Shown: positions 61,251 to 64,000 of the stretch, piece by piece
Numbering within the stretch: the first letter of the stretch is position 1
Layout of the letters: every line of letters begins with the position of its first letter
NCBI RefSeq assembly: GCF_018350175.1
Contig: NC_058368.1
Span: 99,264,001 to 99,328,000 of the forward strand
Direction: 5' to 3'
Source: Felis catus
Taxonomy: Eukaryota
DNA length: 64,000 nucleotides
The notes under the pieces: generated by a model
Told to the model about the DNA's origin: nothing
The model's input: only the letters and a program-made list of their open reading frames with translations
Database searches by the model: none
Translations under genes and position numbers: made by a program

Positions 61251-61554
61251 TTTTTAATGGGAGAAAAAGTGAAGATGAGGCAAAATCTGAATCTCCTTTT
61301 GATAGAACTGTCAGAAAGTCAACATATACCCCTTTTCTCCCTCTATTTTTACTTAAACTATGAAATGAATGCTATTTCCATAGTTCTATGGGGTCCTGAA
61401 AGTGGTTTTGTTTTTGTTTTCATCTTACCATAAGCATACATAAATCTATTTTAGTAGATTTAAATAAGAAAGTATATGTTAACTTCCTAGTACTGTCGTA
61501 AGCACATAAGAGAAGTACATCTTCTAATATACTGTCAAAATTTCACACAGTGTA

Positions 61555-61768
61555 TTTTTCTTTTAGTTTATTTATTTTTGAGGAAGACAGAGACAGCTTG
61601 AGTGGGGGAGGGGCAGAGAGAGAGAGAGGGAGAGGGAGAATCCCAAGTAGGCTCCATGCTGTCAACACAGAGTTCAATGCAGGGCTTGAACTCATAAAAG
61701 TATGAGATCATGACCTGAGCTGAAACCAAGAATCATACACTTAACTGACTGAGACACCCAGGGGCCCC
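61555..61768 (-). mobile_element. Can-SINE
   Basis: TSD ACACAGTG(T/C)ATTTT. Confidence 0.94.
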
Positions 61769-62223
61769 TAACACAGTGCATTTTAAATATTTCTAATCAT
61801 TTGCCTCCTGTGTCCTAATGCAGGCCCATGGTCGGTAGTTTATAATGGTTGCTGAATGAATAATTTTTTTCTTCATTCTTTCTCTCCCTTTACTTTGTTT
61901 CTTTTCCTTTCTTTCTTTATTCCTTGTCTGTTTAAAGCACTAATTTCAAGATGTCAAAAAATTGTAGAGTGACAACAAGTTTTGAAAGAAAAACAGATGC
62001 TAAATTTTAATACTGGACAAAGAGAAATATATTTTCATAGATAATATGTACTTGCATATTTCTCTCTTCTGAGAGAAAAAAAATGGAAATCTTCCATTTT
62101 ACAGATGAAGGAATTAAGGACAATGAAAAGCAACCCCCTCCCCCTGATTTATTTGTTTCAATATTGTCCCTTACTGTGATCTTTTATCAAGTTGAAAGCA
62201 TATATTAAAAAATAATAATAACT

Positions 62224-62352
62224 GGAGGCACCTGGATGGCTCAGTTGGTTGAGTGTCCAACTCTTGATTTTGGCTCAGGTCAGGATCCCATGGTTGTGGG
62301 ATCAAGCCCTGCATTGGACTCCATGCTGAGCATGGAACCTGCTTAAGATTCT

Positions 62353-62405
<53 letters not shown>

Positions 62406-62646
62406 TCCATCTCCCTCACCTTCCTGCCCTCTGCTCCTCTCTCTCTCTCTGGAACATCACTCTCTCTCTCTCTCTCTGGAAGAAAGAAAGAAAGAAAAAA
62501 TGAAAAAATGAAAGAAAGAAAAAATGAAAGAAAAAATGAAAGAAGGGAAAAGAAAGCGGAGAGGAAAGGGAAAGGAAAGGGGAGAGGAAAAGGAAAAAGG
62601 GAAAGGGAAGACAAAAAGGGAAAAGGGAGAGGAGAGGATAGGAGAG
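62224..62646 (+). mobile_element. Can-SINE with expanded (CT)n and an A tail expanded into a roughly 165-bp purine tract
   Basis: Head at 62224; CT tract 62356-62477; GAAA/GGAAA tract 62479-62646. Confidence 0.9.
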
Positions 62647-62866
62647 CAAACTGCTTAAAAAACAACTAGTATGCTTTTCGAGCCTTTCCTTTCCCCCCAT
62701 TAATATGTTGGCAAGATGGTGAACGATTAAAGCTAATACGACAAACATTACCCATAAAATTAATCAAACACTAGAATAACTGAGAGGATTATAATTTATT
62801 CTTTCTTACCCAGTGTTAAATTTGAAAAAAAAAAATTATCTTCGAAACTAAGTTAATATAACAAAC

Positions 62867-63880
62867 TTTTTAAAATATAATTTATTATCAAATTGGCTTA
62901 CATACAACACCCAGTGCTCATCCCAACAGGTGCCCTCCTCAATGCCCATCACCCACTTTCCCCTGTCCCCCACCCCCCATCAACCCTAAGTTTGTTCTCT
63001 GTATTTAAGAGTCTTTTAGGGTTTGCCTCCCTCCCTCTCTGTAACTATTGTTTTTTTTTCCTTCCCTCCCCTCATGGTCTTCTGTTAAGTTTTTCAGGAT
63101 CTGCATATGAGTGAAAACATTTGGTATCTGTCTTCCTCTGACTGACTTATTTTATTTAGCATAATACTCTCCAGTTCCACACATGTTGCTGCAAATGGCA
63201 GGATTTTATTCTTTCTCATTGCCAAGTAGTATTCCATTGTATATATAAACCACAACTTCTTTATCCATTCATCAGTTGATGGACATTTAGGCTCTTTCCA
63301 TCATTTGGCTATTGTTGAGAGTGCTGCTATAAACATTGGGGTACAAGTGCCCCTATGCATCAGTACTCCTATATCCCTTGGGTAAATTCCTAGCAGTGCT
63401 ATTGCTGGGTCATAGGGTAGATCTATTTTTAATTTTTTGAGGAACCTCCACACTGTTTTCCAGAGTAGCTGCACCAGTTTGCATTCTGACCAACAGTGCA
63501 AGAGGGTTCCCATTTCTCCACATCCTCACCAGCCTCTATAGTTTCCTGATTTTTTCATTTTAGCAACTCTGACTGGCGTGAGGTGATATCTGAGTGTGGC
63601 TTTGATTTGTATTTTCCTGATGATGAGTGACGTTGAGCATCGTTTCATGTGTCTGTTGGCCATCTGGATGTCTTCTTTGGAAAAGTGTCTATTCGTGTCT
63701 TCTGTCCATTTCATCACTGGATTATTTGTTTTTAAGGTGTATAGTTTGGTGAGTTCTTTATAGATTTTGGGTACTAGCCCTTTATCTGATATGTCATTTG
63801 CAAATAGCTTTTCCCATTCCGTTGGTTGCCTTTTAGTTTTGTTGATTGTTTCCTTTGCAGTGCAGAAGCTTTTTAATCTT
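62867..63880 (-). mobile_element. 5'-truncated, relatively young carnivore/felid L1 (about 1 kb)
   Basis: ORF2 C-terminus [22 protein letters not shown]...[22 protein letters not shown] and [29 protein letters not shown]. Confidence 0.93.
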
Positions 63881-64000
63881 AGACAGAGATACTGAATCAT
63901 CTTATAAGAGAAATAATCAGAACCTAGAGGCCAAATTTTTGTATGGGAACAAGTTTTATTGAACATGCAATTTCTGAGTCATGTGAATATTTTATGAAAA

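Noticed and set aside
23611..63880. Two L1s whose 5'-most sequence ends near the same GCAGAAGCTTTT..ATCTT position
   Set aside because: Endpoints differ by several nucleotides, and two cases cannot show a truncation hotspot.
529..63966. ORF-track entries as genes
   Set aside because: Most translate SINEs (MAQSVK..., QVMIS..., LSLSLS), L1 fragments or microsatellites; none shows a non-repeat protein motif I recognise.
1..64000. CRISPR array, operon, retron-like or viral coding system
   Set aside because: No regularly spaced repeat-spacer array, no long ORFs and no gag/pol/env or non-retroviral viral motifs; the only RT is decayed L1 ORF2.

Overview
Mammalian, AT-rich, mostly non-coding DNA from a felid. 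The assignment rests on about 39 tRNA-derived Can-SINEs (SINEC), three of them of the young cat-type subfamily, and on carnivore L1s. No complete protein-coding gene, RNA gene or prokaryotic system is supported; most ORF-track entries are SINE, L1 or microsatellite read-throughs. Other repeats: a decayed full-length antisense L1 (about 40.8-47.7 kb), a 5'-inverted (twin-primed) L1, truncated carnivore L1 tails, old L1M fragments, MER58A, MER20, MER102, MER5, MLT1, an ERV-type solo LTR, MIR and L2. Best leads: (1) a roughly 530-bp DNA-level duplication of an L1/SINE junction 7 kb away, with microhomology scars only in the copy; (2) weak but coherent signs that the window is a large intron of a + strand gene with alternative 3' ends (donor, in-frame stop and AATAAA cluster at 1-400; candidate distal exon at 52.25 kb); (3) a CpG-retaining, motif-dense domain at 29.2-33.4 kb holding a decayed acidic exon-like segment and a G4; (4) several fold-back or templated micro-insertions and re-used retrotransposon target sites. 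Repeat family names come from recalled consensus similarity, not a database search, and boundaries are approximate.
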